NCBI GenBank assembly: GCA_963841435.1
Contig: CAWJCS010000005.1
Coordinates: 448,001-512,000, forward strand
Source: an uncultured delta proteobacterium
Lineage (GTDB): Bacteria > Myxococcota_A > Polyangia > Polyangiales > Polyangiaceae
Direction of reading: 5' to 3'
Length of the DNA: 64,000 nucleotides
Part shown: piece by piece, positions 30,156-39,354 of the stretch
Layout of the letters: each line of letters begins with the position of its first letter
Numbering within the stretch: the stretch's first letter is position 1
Translations under genes and position numbers: made by a program
The notes under the pieces: model-generated
Database searches by the model: none
Told to the model about the DNA's origin: nothing
The model's input: the letters and a program-made list of their open reading frames with translations, nothing else

Positions 30156-31556
30156 TCAGTTCCCGCTGGCCGCGCGCTGCTCGGGCGGGGGCTCGCTCCG
30201 GCTGCGGTGCGCCGCGCCGTACTCCTGGAGCTTGTACTGCACCTTGCGCACGCTGATGCCGAGGATCTCGGCGGCCTTGCTCGTCGAGCCGCCGACGGCC
30301 TCCATCGTCTTCAGGATGGCGTAGCGTTCGAGCTCGTCCATCGTCGCGCCGGGAATGGCAGGAACGCCGGGGCGCCGCGCTGCTGCACCGAGCTCGGGCG
30401 GCAAGTGCTGGACCAGGATCGAGTCGCCTTCGGCGAGCACGACGGCGCGCTCGATGACGTTCTCGAGCTCGCGCACGTTGCCGGGCCACGTGTAGCTGGC
30501 GATCAGCGTCAGGGCCTCGTCGCCAATCGTCTTGACGGGCTTGTCGTTCTCCTTCGCGTAGTGGCGGAGAAAGTGCATCGCCAGCGCGGGCACGTCCGAG
30601 GGGCGCTGGCGCAGGGACGGCAGGGTGAGGTTGATGACGTTCAGGCGATAATACAGGTCCTCGCGGAACTTGCCCGCCGCCACCATTTCCTTGAGATCGC
30701 GGTTCGTGGCAGCAATCACGCGCACGTCGACCTGGATCGTCTGACTGCCGCCCACACGCTCGAACTCGCGCTCCTGAAGCACGCGCAGGAGCTTGACCTG
30801 GGTTGCCAGGGAAATTTCGCCGATTTCGTCGAGGAACAGCGTGCCTCCGTTGGCGTGCTCGAAGCGTCCTTCGCGCTTCCGGTCGGCCCCGGTATACGCA
30901 CCGCGCTCGTGGCCGAACAGCTCGCTCTCGAGCAGGCTCTCTGCCAGCGCTGCGCAGTGCAGCCGCACGAACGGACCCGCGGCGCGCGGCGAATGGTGGT
31001 GGATCGCTGCGGCGACCAGCTCCTTGCCGGTGCCGGATTCGCCCGTCAAAAGCACGGTTGCCCGGCTTGGCGCCACCTGGGATATCGACTTGAACACGCG
31101 CTGCATCTCGGGCGAGGTGCCGACGATGTTGTCGAACGAGTAGCGGTCACGAAGCTGCGATCTCAGATCCTTCGCTTCGCGCCGGAGCTTGGCGCGCTCG
31201 ATGCAGCGCTCGAGCACGATCGAAAGCTCGTCGATGTTCAAGGGCTTGGTGAGGTAGTCCTCGGCGCCATCACGCATGGCCGCGACGGCCGTCTCGACGC
31301 CGCCGAACGCGGTCATCAAAACGACCGGGAGCTCCGTGTCCTGCTCCTTCACCTTTCGGAGCAGCTCGACACCGTCGATGCCCGGCATGTTGAGATCGGT
31401 GAGGACGGTATCCGGACCAAATTCGGCAAGGCGCCCGAGTGCCTTGAAACCGTCGCCGACCGCCTCGACCGTGTAGCCCTCGCCGCGCAGGATCTCGGCG
31501 AGCGAAGAACGCGCGCCCACCTCGTCGTCGACAATGAGGATTTTTCCCTTGCTCAT
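30156..31556 (-). CDS. sigma54-dependent response regulator (REC-AAA-Fis HTH; NtrC/AtoC type)
   Basis: [51 protein letters not shown]. Confidence 0.95.
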   Translation of the reverse strand: MSKGKILIVDDEVGARSSLAEILRGEGYTVEAVGDGFKALGRLAEFGPDTVLTDLNMPGIDGVELLRKVKEQDTELPVVLMTAFGGVETAVAAMRDGAEDYLTKPLNIDELSIVLERCIERAKLRREAKDLRSQLRDRYSFDNIVGTSPEMQRVFKSISQVAPSRATVLLTGESGTGKELVAAAIHHHSPRAAGPFVRLHCAALAESLLESELFGHERGAYTGADRKREGRFEHANGGTLFLDEIGEISLATQVKLLRVLQEREFERVGGSQTIQVDVRVIAATNRDLKEMVAAGKFREDLYYRLNVINLTLPSLRQRPSDVPALAMHFLRHYAKENDKPVKTIGDEALTLIASYTWPGNVRELENVIERAVVLAEGDSILVQHLPPELGAAARRPGVPAIPGATMDELERYAILKTMEAVGGSTSKAAEILGISVRKVQYKLQEYGAAHRSRSEPPPEQRAASGN

Positions 31557-31600
31557 GGCTCTCGCTCCCGTTGGGGACCTGATGACTCAGCCAAGGTACG

Positions 31601-31749
31601 AGCGAAAATCGTGCCGTCCACCCCCAAGGGCGACGTTCTTGCAAAAGATTCTTTTAAATCCGGATGCTTACGATGTCCTTCTCGGGAGAGAGTGCATGCA
31701 GAATTTGCGCAACTCGCCTCACGCGTTGGGCTTTTGGCGCAGGACATGC
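31601..31749. promoter_or_regulatory. divergent sigma54 promoters with central enhancer
   Basis: Minus strand CGGCACGATTTTCGCT (31616-31601), ATGCA-GAATT-TGCGC (31696-31710), plus strand TGGCGCAGGACATGC (31735-31749). Confidence 0.6.
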
Positions 31750-31825
31750 GCGCGTTTTCGGGCAGGCTCGCGGTCACGTCGTTCGGCTTGTGACCCCCGC
31801 CCCCTCCGGGCTCAGAATGCCGCCC

Positions 31826-32245
31826 ATGCCCGACCGATCGACCACCGTTGGCGACGTGATGACGAAGGAAGTCGTCACGCTCGACCGCAACGAGAAGCTC
31901 CAGATTGCCGACGACGTGATGCGCCTCGGCCGGATCCGCCATCTGCCCATCGTGGACTCGGACGGGAGCCTCGCCGGGCTCGTGAGCCAGCGTGACCTTT
32001 TCCACAGCGGCCTCATGAGGGCGCTCGGCTACGGAAGCCACGCGCAGCGCAACGCCCTCGACATGGTGCTCATCAAGGAAGCCATGAAGACCGAAGTCGT
32101 GACGACCTCCGCCGAGACGCTGCTCTCGGACGCCGCGAAGCAGATGCTCGAAAAGAAGATCGGCTGCCTCGTGGTCGTCGAGGGAAAAAAGATCGTCGGC
32201 ATCCTCTCGGAAGCCGACTTCGTCAAGCTACACGTGCTCGAGTAG
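31826..32245 (+). CDS. CBS-pair protein
   Basis: TVGDVMT..IRHLPIV..GLVSQRDL and IGCLVVV..GILSEADF. Start at 31817 or 31826. Confidence 0.9.
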   Translation: MPDRSTTVGDVMTKEVVTLDRNEKLQIADDVMRLGRIRHLPIVDSDGSLAGLVSQRDLFHSGLMRALGYGSHAQRNALDMVLIKEAMKTEVVTTSAETLLSDAAKQMLEKKIGCLVVVEGKKIVGILSEADFVKLHVLE

Positions 32246-32305
32246 AGCGCGACTGGACGTGCTCTCGGGGAACCGCCGCCGGACTCGCAGCGGCCCCTCC
32301 GCGCT

Positions 32306-32731
32306 TCACGCCGCTTGCCGGACGAGGCGTTCGAGGGCGGCCTTGCCCATGGCACCGGTACCCTGAACCGCCGGGCGACCCGCCTTGAACACGACGAAGT
32401 GCGGAATGCCTCGCACCCCGTAGCGCGCGGCGAGGGCCTGGTTCCGATCGGTATCGACCTTGAGGACGACGGCGCGCCCCGCCCATTCGGACGCGAGCTT
32501 CTCGACCTCGGGAGCGACCATGCGGCAGGGCCCACACCACGGGGCCCAGAAATCGACCAACACGGGCACTTTCGCCTCGCTCACCACGCGGTCGAACGCC
32601 TCGGTGTCGACCGCGAGCGGCTCCGCGACCGGCGGAAGACCCCCCTTGCAGGCGCCGCAGCGCCCCTGGTCCGCGAGGTGTCGCGCAGGAACGCGGTTCT
32701 CACGTCCACAGCTCGGGCAGGTCCTGACCAT
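32306..32731 (-). CDS. trxC: thioredoxin 2 (zinc-finger thioredoxin)
   Basis: N-terminal CPSC/CGAC and WCGPC active site. Confidence 0.9.
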   Translation of the reverse strand: MVRTCPSCGRENRVPARHLADQGRCGACKGGLPPVAEPLAVDTEAFDRVVSEAKVPVLVDFWAPWCGPCRMVAPEVEKLASEWAGRAVVLKVDTDRNQALAARYGVRGIPHFVVFKAGRPAVQGTGAMGKAALERLVRQAA

Positions 32732-32791
32732 CCCATCAAGGTGTGCACCCTCTCCGCGCCGTCAAGGGGGCGAGCAGGTGCGGCGTCGAGA

Positions 32792-33190
32792 CTACTGACT
32801 CAGGAGCTCGGCGAGCGTTTCGAGCGCGTCCGTCGTCGTGAAAACGCCCACGACCTTCGTGCCATCGACGACCACGGCGGACCCGAGCTTTCGCGACGCC
32901 ATCTCGACGACGACCTCCTTGAGCGAGGTCTTCGGCCCGACGGCGTAGACGTCCTGACTCATGGCGTCTTCGACGCGCACGCGCTCGGGGTCCACGTCGG
33001 GGAGCGTCTCGACGAGGTAGAGGTCGCGCACCGACAGGAGGCCGCTCAGCTTGCCACCGTGCAGCACGGGAAGGTGCCGGATCTGGTGCTCGCGCATCAG
33101 GTCATGGGCCGCCCTCATCGACTGCTCTGCACCGATGAGGTGCGGTGTCTTGGTCATGCGGTCGGCGATCGTGAAATCCTTGTGTGTCAT
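32792..33190 (-). CDS. CBS-pair protein
   Basis: IRHLPVL..GLLSVRDL; GSAVVV..GVFTTTDAL; coupled to ccoS. Confidence 0.9.
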   Translation of the reverse strand: MTHKDFTIADRMTKTPHLIGAEQSMRAAHDLMREHQIRHLPVLHGGKLSGLLSVRDLYLVETLPDVDPERVRVEDAMSQDVYAVGPKTSLKEVVVEMASRKLGSAVVVDGTKVVGVFTTTDALETLAELLSQ

Positions 33191-33372
33191 GGTCGGTTCT
33201 CCTGGTTCTTGGTGATCGAGGAGCCTTCCGCGGGCTCGTCGTCGCAGAGCAAGCGGACGGCGGGAGTTTCGAGGTCGTCGAATTGGCCCGAGCGCGTAGC
33301 CCAGACGAACGCGAGCGCGGCGAGCGCGGAGAGCGCCACTGCCAGGGGGAGCACGACGAACAGCACGGTCAT
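33187..33372 (-). CDS. ccoS: cbb3 oxidase maturation protein CcoS/FixS
   Basis: TM helix then WA.RSGQFDDLETPA.R. Confidence 0.92.
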   Translation of the reverse strand: MTVLFVVLPLAVALSALAALAFVWATRSGQFDDLETPAVRLLCDDEPAEGSSITKNQENRP

Positions 33373-35834
33373 GAGGGGCTTGCCTCCGTTCGGAAGGTGC
33401 GGGCCTCGAGCGCGAGCGTCACCACCGTGATCGAGGAGAGCGGCATGAGCACGGCGGCGAGAAGCGGTGAGACCCAGCCGAGCATCGAGAGTCCGACGCC
33501 CACGAGGTTGTAGAGGAGCGAGAACAGAATGCCGCGGCGGATCACGCCGAGCGTGCGGCGAGCGCCGACCACCGCCCCAAGCACGCTCGCGACACCGGGC
33601 CGCGTGGTAAATCCGTCGGCGGCGGCGAGACTCGCTTCGGCGCCCCCGTGCACGGCGAGCGACACGTCGGCGGCGACCATGGCGGCAGCGTCGTTGACGC
33701 CGTCACCCACCATGACGACGGGCCCGCTGCGCCTGCGCCGCTCGACCCAGGCGAGCTTGTCCTCCGGGCTCATGCCGCCCCGCGCCTCGGAAAGCTCGCC
33801 GAGCTCGGCGGCGATCGTAGCGACGACGGCGGGGCGATCACCCGAGAGGACGCAAAGCTCGTAACCGAGCGCGCGAAGCGCACGGAGCGAGGCGCGTGCG
33901 TCGGCACGCAGCGGATCGTGAAAAGCGACGACGGCACGAACCTCGCCGTCAACCGAGGCGACGACCCCGGGGCGACCGAGCTTTGCCTGGCGCGCGAGCG
34001 TGACGGCGAAGGCGGGTGGAAGCGGGCGTGCCCCCGCGACGAAGGCCGGCGACCCGATGCGCACGTCGCGTCCGGCGACGCGCGCGGCGACACCTCCGCC
34101 GGGAACCTCCTCGACGTGGTCGGCGCGCAGGGCCGGCTCGCCTGCGAGCGCGGCCGCGAGCGCGCGCCCCATGGGATGCGACGCGCGCTCCTCGGCGGCT
34201 CGGAGGTACGGGCGCACCTCGGCGTCGCCCACGAAGGCCGCGACCGATAGCGCCCCCTCGGTGAGGGTGCCGGTCTTGTCGAACGCGATCACGGCCGGCT
34301 CGGCGAGCTTTTCGAGGAACTCACCGCCCTTGAAGAACAGCCCCGAGCGCGCCGCGCGCTTGAGCGCCGCGCTCACCGCGAGGGGCGTCGCCATGCCGAG
34401 CGCGCAGGGGCACGTCACCACCAGGAGCGCCACGGCATTGTCGAGCGCACGCGTGGAGTCGATGAACGTCCAGATGACGTACGTGAGCGCGCCAAGGCCG
34501 AGCACGGCGCTCACGAAGACGCCCGCGATGCGATCGGCAAGACGCACGATGGGCGCGCGGCGCTGCGCTGCGGTCTCGACGCTCTGCATCAGGCGGCCGA
34601 GGCGCGTTTCGGACCCGACCGTCTCGACGCGCACGCGAAGCGGCGCACCGACATTTTCGGTGCCCGCGTAAACGCGGGCTCCTGGCGACACCTCGACGGG
34701 CAGCGATTCGCCGGTGAGCCACGAGGCGTCGATGCTCGAGCTACCCTCGACGACGATGCCGTCGGCGGGCAGGCGCGCGCCCGCAGCCACCTGGACGAGG
34801 TCGCCGCGCTCGAGCGCGTCGGCGACGACCTCCAAGAGCGCGTCGCCGTCGACGCGCTGGGCCGTCGCGGGCGCGAGCGCCGCCATGAGCTCGAGGGTCA
34901 CGGTGGCGCCCCGATGGTGGCGCTGCTGCAGCCAGCGCCCCACGAGCAGGAGGAAGATCAGCACCGTGATCGAGTCGAAGTAAACCTCGCCGCTCGCCGT
35001 CACCGTATTCCAGGCGCTGCGCGAGAAACCCGCGAGGATGCCGAGCGCGACCGGCAGATCCATGTGCGGCGTGCGGGTTCTGACGGCGGCCCAGGCGCCG
35101 CGCAGGAACACGGACCCCGCGTAGAACACGGCCGGAATCGACAACACGAGGCTGCCCCAGCGAAACAGGGCGCGGTACTCGGCGTCGGCACTCGCGCCGC
35201 TGTAGAGGGCAAGCGCCATGAGCATCACGTTGCCCGCGATGGCTCCCGCCACGCCGAGCCGGACGAGAAGTGCGCGGTCGCGTTTTTGGTCGCCGCTGCG
35301 TTGCGCGATGACGCTCGGATGCGGCGGGTAGCCGAGCCGGTCGAGGGCACGTGCCACGGCGCTCGGCTTCGCGCGCTCGGGGTCGAACGTCACCGTGAGA
35401 GCGGCCCTGCCGAGGTCGAGCCGGGCCTCCTTGACGCCCGGCAAGACGCGCGGCAGCCGCTCGACGAGCCACAGACAGGCGCTGCAGTGGATGCCTTCGA
35501 GGAAGAGCTCCATGCGCGCGCCGCCGGGGACACTCGAAAGGTGACGCGCCGCGAACGCTGGGTCGTCGTACTCGGCGTAAGCACGGCCGGTACCGCGCGC
35601 GGGCCCGGCTTCTGCGCCCGACTGCGCACGATGGAGGTAGTACGCCCCGAGCCCTGCCTCGTGGATGATGGCGTGAGCGGCCTCGCAGCCCGCGCAGCAA
35701 AATGCGGGCGAGCCCGGCGCTGCCTGGGCGGAGCGTGGCAGCGCATCCCCGCAGTGGGCGCACGTCGGCGCGCCCGTGCCCTCGGCGACGAGCTCCGGCG
35801 AGGGGGCGCGCCCGACGCGCGCCGTCGCCGTCAT
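33369..35834 (-). CDS. ccoI: P1B copper-translocating ATPase CcoI/FixI
   Basis: CAHC/CCAGC, HCSAC, TGES, CPCAL, DKTGT, GDGVND. Confidence 0.93.
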   Translation of the reverse strand: MTATARVGRAPSPELVAEGTGAPTCAHCGDALPRSAQAAPGSPAFCCAGCEAAHAIIHEAGLGAYYLHRAQSGAEAGPARGTGRAYAEYDDPAFAARHLSSVPGGARMELFLEGIHCSACLWLVERLPRVLPGVKEARLDLGRAALTVTFDPERAKPSAVARALDRLGYPPHPSVIAQRSGDQKRDRALLVRLGVAGAIAGNVMLMALALYSGASADAEYRALFRWGSLVLSIPAVFYAGSVFLRGAWAAVRTRTPHMDLPVALGILAGFSRSAWNTVTASGEVYFDSITVLIFLLLVGRWLQQRHHRGATVTLELMAALAPATAQRVDGDALLEVVADALERGDLVQVAAGARLPADGIVVEGSSSIDASWLTGESLPVEVSPGARVYAGTENVGAPLRVRVETVGSETRLGRLMQSVETAAQRRAPIVRLADRIAGVFVSAVLGLGALTYVIWTFIDSTRALDNAVALLVVTCPCALGMATPLAVSAALKRAARSGLFFKGGEFLEKLAEPAVIAFDKTGTLTEGALSVAAFVGDAEVRPYLRAAEERASHPMGRALAAALAGEPALRADHVEEVPGGGVAARVAGRDVRIGSPAFVAGARPLPPAFAVTLARQAKLGRPGVVASVDGEVRAVVAFHDPLRADARASLRALRALGYELCVLSGDRPAVVATIAAELGELSEARGGMSPEDKLAWVERRRRSGPVVMVGDGVNDAAAMVAADVSLAVHGGAEASLAAADGFTTRPGVASVLGAVVGARRTLGVIRRGILFSLLYNLVGVGLSMLGWVSPLLAAVLMPLSSITVVTLALEARTFRTEASPS

Positions 35835-36646
35835 GGCGCCCTCGTTCCGGAGCTCGAGGCGCCGAGCGGCGCGGTCATGGTCGGGAGCTCGGAGCCTTTT
35901 CGCGGCGTGCCGCAGTAGGCGGCGGGAACGCGAGCCCCCACCGAAGGCACGGTCGGGTGGGTCGTGGCGGCGAAGGCCGGGAGCTGCAGGCGCGTGAACA
36001 GCGTGAGACCGCCGACCAAGAGCACGAGGGCCGAGCGTAGCCGCGGCAACCGGCCGCCGAAGCGACGTGCCGCGAGCCCGAGCGACATGCCCACGCCGAG
36101 CAGCATCGGCAACGTGCCGAGCCAGAACGTGGCCATGAGCAGCACGCCGTCCTTCGCCGAGCCGGTCGCCGCCGAAAGCGCCACGAAGGCGTAGAGCCAG
36201 CCGCACGGCAGGAGCGTCGACGTGAGGCCGAGCAGCGCCGCACGCGTCGTCGCAGCGGTGGAGCCCAAGCGCGCGAGCAGCGCACCGAGCTTGCGCGTGG
36301 GTGACCAGGCCGGGCGCGCGCGCAACCTAACGAGACGCGAGCGCGGCGCCAGCCCCGCCGCACCCGTGACGAGCAGCACGACGCCGGCGACGACACCCGC
36401 CATATCCGCGAGCCCCGCCGCGCGACCGGCGAGATCGAGCGCTCGACCGAGCGCGCCGGAAAGGGCGCCGAGCACGGCGTAGGTGACGAGACGCCCGCCA
36501 TGATACGCGACGTGCGACGCCGCGCGCCGTCCCGGAGCGCTCTCCGTGCCCGAGTACGCAGCGACGAAGCCGCCGCACATCGCCGCGCAGTGCACGCTGC
36601 CGAGCACGCTGGCGACGAGCACGGGGAAAAGCGCGGGACCGTTCAT
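35831..36646 (-). CDS. DsbD_2 / TauE-like cbb3 assembly membrane protein
   Basis: GSVHCAAMCG, YHGGR, LLPCGWLY, FWLGTLP. Confidence 0.87.
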   Translation of the reverse strand: MNGPALFPVLVASVLGSVHCAAMCGGFVAAYSGTESAPGRRAASHVAYHGGRLVTYAVLGALSGALGRALDLAGRAAGLADMAGVVAGVVLLVTGAAGLAPRSRLVRLRARPAWSPTRKLGALLARLGSTAATTRAALLGLTSTLLPCGWLYAFVALSAATGSAKDGVLLMATFWLGTLPMLLGVGMSLGLAARRFGGRLPRLRSALVLLVGGLTLFTRLQLPAFAATTHPTVPSVGARVPAAYCGTPRKGSELPTMTAPLGASSSGTRAP

Positions 36647-37158
36647 GGCGCGCTCTTGGGCGGTACGTCCACACGCACCGCTTCGGTGAAACGCTTGCCG
36701 GCATGCTCGACGACGAAGCGCACCTCCCAGAGCCCCGGTCGCGGCGCGGAAAGCCCGGTCCGGTACGCGCCCGAGCCCGCTTCGCGGAAAGCGAGCGCCT
36801 TCACGTCGCTGGCGCGAGCATTGGCGAACGCCTCGGCGCGGACGCTCGCGCCCTTGACGGGCGCACCCCCGCCGTCCACGACGCGCGCGACGACCCCGAA
36901 CGAGTCCCGAGCGGGCTCGAGCGCGACCGCCACGTGCCACCCGAGTCGCGCATTCTCGGCGAGCTGGGCCTGCTCGGTGTCCCAGTGAACGGCGCGCGTG
37001 TAATAGTCGCGCTCGAGGGAAAATCCGGGATCGTGCGTGGCGATCGACGCCATGATCGAGATCCCCACGACGCTCGTCGTGAGCAGGGCCACGGGCACGA
37101 GCATCCAGAAGAGGCCGTTCTTGCCGCCGCGGTGCGCGGGTCGCGAAAGGTCGGTCAC
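36643..37158 (-). CDS. ccoH: FixH/CcoH family protein
   Basis: N-terminal TM, DYY..A..WD, GLWEVR; position in the operon. Confidence 0.8.
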   Translation of the reverse strand: MTDLSRPAHRGGKNGLFWMLVPVALLTTSVVGISIMASIATHDPGFSLERDYYTRAVHWDTEQAQLAENARLGWHVAVALEPARDSFGVVARVVDGGGAPVKGASVRAEAFANARASDVKALAFREAGSGAYRTGLSAPRPGLWEVRFVVEHAGKRFTEAVRVDVPPKSAP

Positions 37159-38534
37159 GGTGTCCCTCCCGTGGGGCCGAGCAGCCGATAGGGCGTGTCG
37201 ATGTGCGAGCCGTGCTCGTCGGACACACGCACCGTGACTTCGAGGCGACCCGCGGGGAACGCGCTCTTCGGTGCCACCGCGAACACGGCCGTCGTGCGCT
37301 GGGCGCCGGCGCCGACCGGCAGCGGATTCTCCGGCGCGATGAGCTCGACGGTGGGCTTCGAGAAAAGCTCGATGCGGTAGTGCTCGTCGTGATCGGCACG
37401 GTTTTGCACCTTGACGCGAAGCTCACCCGTCACGAGGTCGCCCCGCAGCGTGAACGGCGCGCCGATGCCGCGCAGCACGGTCACCTCCGCAGCGTGGTGC
37501 GTCGAGCCAAACGCGACGAGCGCTCCGAGCAGCACCGCCAGGAGCACCGGGTACACGACGACGCGAAGCCGCAGAATGCGCGTCGCCTCTTGCGTCTCGA
37601 GCTGCTTCTGCGAGCCGTAGCGCACGAGACCACGAGGCTTTTTGATTTTGTCCATGATGGTGTCGCAGGCGTCGACGCACTGCGCACAGGCGATGCACTC
37701 GAGCTGGAGCCCCTCGCGGATGTCGATGCCCGTCGGGCACGCGACGACACAGGCGCCACAGTCGATGCAATCACCGCGCCCGGGTCCCGGCTTGCCCTTG
37801 GCACGTGGCTCACCGCGCAGGCGATCGTAGCCGATGATCAGCGAGCTCTTGTCGAGCAGCACCGACTGCAGGCGCGCGTAGGGGCACACCACCGTGCACA
37901 TCTGCTCGCGGAAGAACGCGAAGTCGAAGAAGACGAGCCCGGTGGTCGCCGCCACGACGAGGAAGGGCGTCCAGTGCTCGAGAGGCGAGAGACGCGCCCA
38001 GGCGAGCAGCCGGTTGACCCCGACGAAGTACGACAAAAAGACGTTGCCGAGCACGAACGCGAGCAGCAAGAACGCGACGTTCTTCGCGACGCGCCGCGGG
38101 CTCAGGCCGGCGCGATCGAGCCTCAGCTGGTCCTCGCGCCGCCCCTCGAACAGGCGCTCGATGGGCCGGAACAAGAACTCCATGTAGACCGTCTGCGGGC
38201 ACGCCCAGCCGCACCAGCCGCGTCCGACGACGGCCGTCAGCCAGAAGATGGCGACGAAGATCGACAGCAGGAGCAGCATCAAGAGCACGCCGTCCGTCGG
38301 CAGAAATGTGCGACCGAAGAGAATGAACTCGCGGTGAGGCAGGTCGAGCAGCATGAGCGGCTTGCCACCGAGCTTCAGCCAGGGGATCGCCGCGAACAGC
38401 CCCATGAGCGCCCACGCCACGATGCGGCGCGCCCTGAGGCGCGGACCTTGGTACAGGCGTGGCCGGATGCGGCGCCGAGTGCCGTCGGCGTTGAGCGTCG
38501 GTAGGACGCGTTCGGGAGCAACGGGTGCGGCCAT
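37155..38534 (-). CDS. ccoG: cbb3 accessory ferredoxin CcoG
   Basis: CGWACPQT, REQMC..CPYAR, DCIDCGACVVACP, ECIACAQCVDAC. Confidence 0.95.
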   Translation of the reverse strand: MAAPVAPERVLPTLNADGTRRRIRPRLYQGPRLRARRIVAWALMGLFAAIPWLKLGGKPLMLLDLPHREFILFGRTFLPTDGVLLMLLLLSIFVAIFWLTAVVGRGWCGWACPQTVYMEFLFRPIERLFEGRREDQLRLDRAGLSPRRVAKNVAFLLLAFVLGNVFLSYFVGVNRLLAWARLSPLEHWTPFLVVAATTGLVFFDFAFFREQMCTVVCPYARLQSVLLDKSSLIIGYDRLRGEPRAKGKPGPGRGDCIDCGACVVACPTGIDIREGLQLECIACAQCVDACDTIMDKIKKPRGLVRYGSQKQLETQEATRILRLRVVVYPVLLAVLLGALVAFGSTHHAAEVTVLRGIGAPFTLRGDLVTGELRVKVQNRADHDEHYRIELFSKPTVELIAPENPLPVGAGAQRTTAVFAVAPKSAFPAGRLEVTVRVSDEHGSHIDTPYRLLGPTGGTP

Positions 38535-38542
38535 GAAGGACC

Positions 38543-39160
38543 TCAGGGCGTGCCCGTGACGAGCGTGCCCTCGGGCGCCTTGCCGGGCTGATTTTGACCG
38601 CGCAGCGAGCCCACGAAGCCGGCGAGCTCCCGGAGCTCGATGCTCGAAAGCTGCATCTTCCACGGCGGCATTCCCTTTTCGGGGACGCCCTCGCTCACGG
38701 TGTGAAAGATGTCCATGAGCGTGCCCGTGCCGTGAATCCAGTAGCCGTCAGTGAGGTTCGGCCCGATCGCACCCTGACCACGCTCGCCGTGACACGGCGT
38801 GCAGCGCAGCAAGAAGAGCTTGTGGGCGTCGCCCATCAGCGCCGTGTCGGCCATCAGCTTCGCGAGCGCCTCCTCGCTCACCTTCTCACCGAGCGAACGC
38901 TTTGCCTGCTCCGCGCGAGCCTCGGCCATGTCCTTCTCGTAGGCCTCGGCGACCGAAACGCCGTTGCCCGAAAGGTGGAAATGAAACACGTAGCCGAGGG
39001 CGAAGAAGAACGTCCCCCAGAAGATCAGCACCCACCAGCCGGGCAAGGGATTGTCGAACTCCCGGATGCCGTCGTACTCGTGGTCCAACAGCTGCTCGGC
39101 CTTTTGTTTTGTGTCGCGGGCGCCCTCGGAGGGCGTGTCGTCGGTCGTAGGGTCGGACAT
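38543..39160 (-). CDS. ccoP: cbb3 oxidase subunit III CcoP (monoheme)
   Basis: HEYDGIREFDNPLP.WW, a single CTPCH, GPNLTD, GMPPW. Confidence 0.92.
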   Translation of the reverse strand: MSDPTTDDTPSEGARDTKQKAEQLLDHEYDGIREFDNPLPGWWVLIFWGTFFFALGYVFHFHLSGNGVSVAEAYEKDMAEARAEQAKRSLGEKVSEEALAKLMADTALMGDAHKLFLLRCTPCHGERGQGAIGPNLTDGYWIHGTGTLMDIFHTVSEGVPEKGMPPWKMQLSSIELRELAGFVGSLRGQNQPGKAPEGTLVTGTP

Positions 39161-39162
39161 CG

Positions 39163-39354
39163 TCACTCCTTCGGGGTGCTTTCGGGCTCGGGCGAGGCGC
39201 CGTCGTCGAGCGGCAGGAAGCGCAGCGCCTCGAGCCGGCTCCCGCCGAGCCACACGTAGAGGCCCACGCCGGCGAACACGGCGAAAAAAATCAAAAGGGC
39301 AATCTGGGCATAGGTGGCAAGGCCCATGCCCGACATGAGGTCACTGAGCTTCAT
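39163..39354 (-). CDS. ccoQ: cbb3 oxidase subunit CcoQ
   Basis: Small TM protein with LPLDD, between ccoO and ccoP. Confidence 0.8.
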   Translation of the reverse strand: MKLSDLMSGMGLATYAQIALLIFFAVFAGVGLYVWLGGSRLEALRFLPLDDGASPEPESTPKE

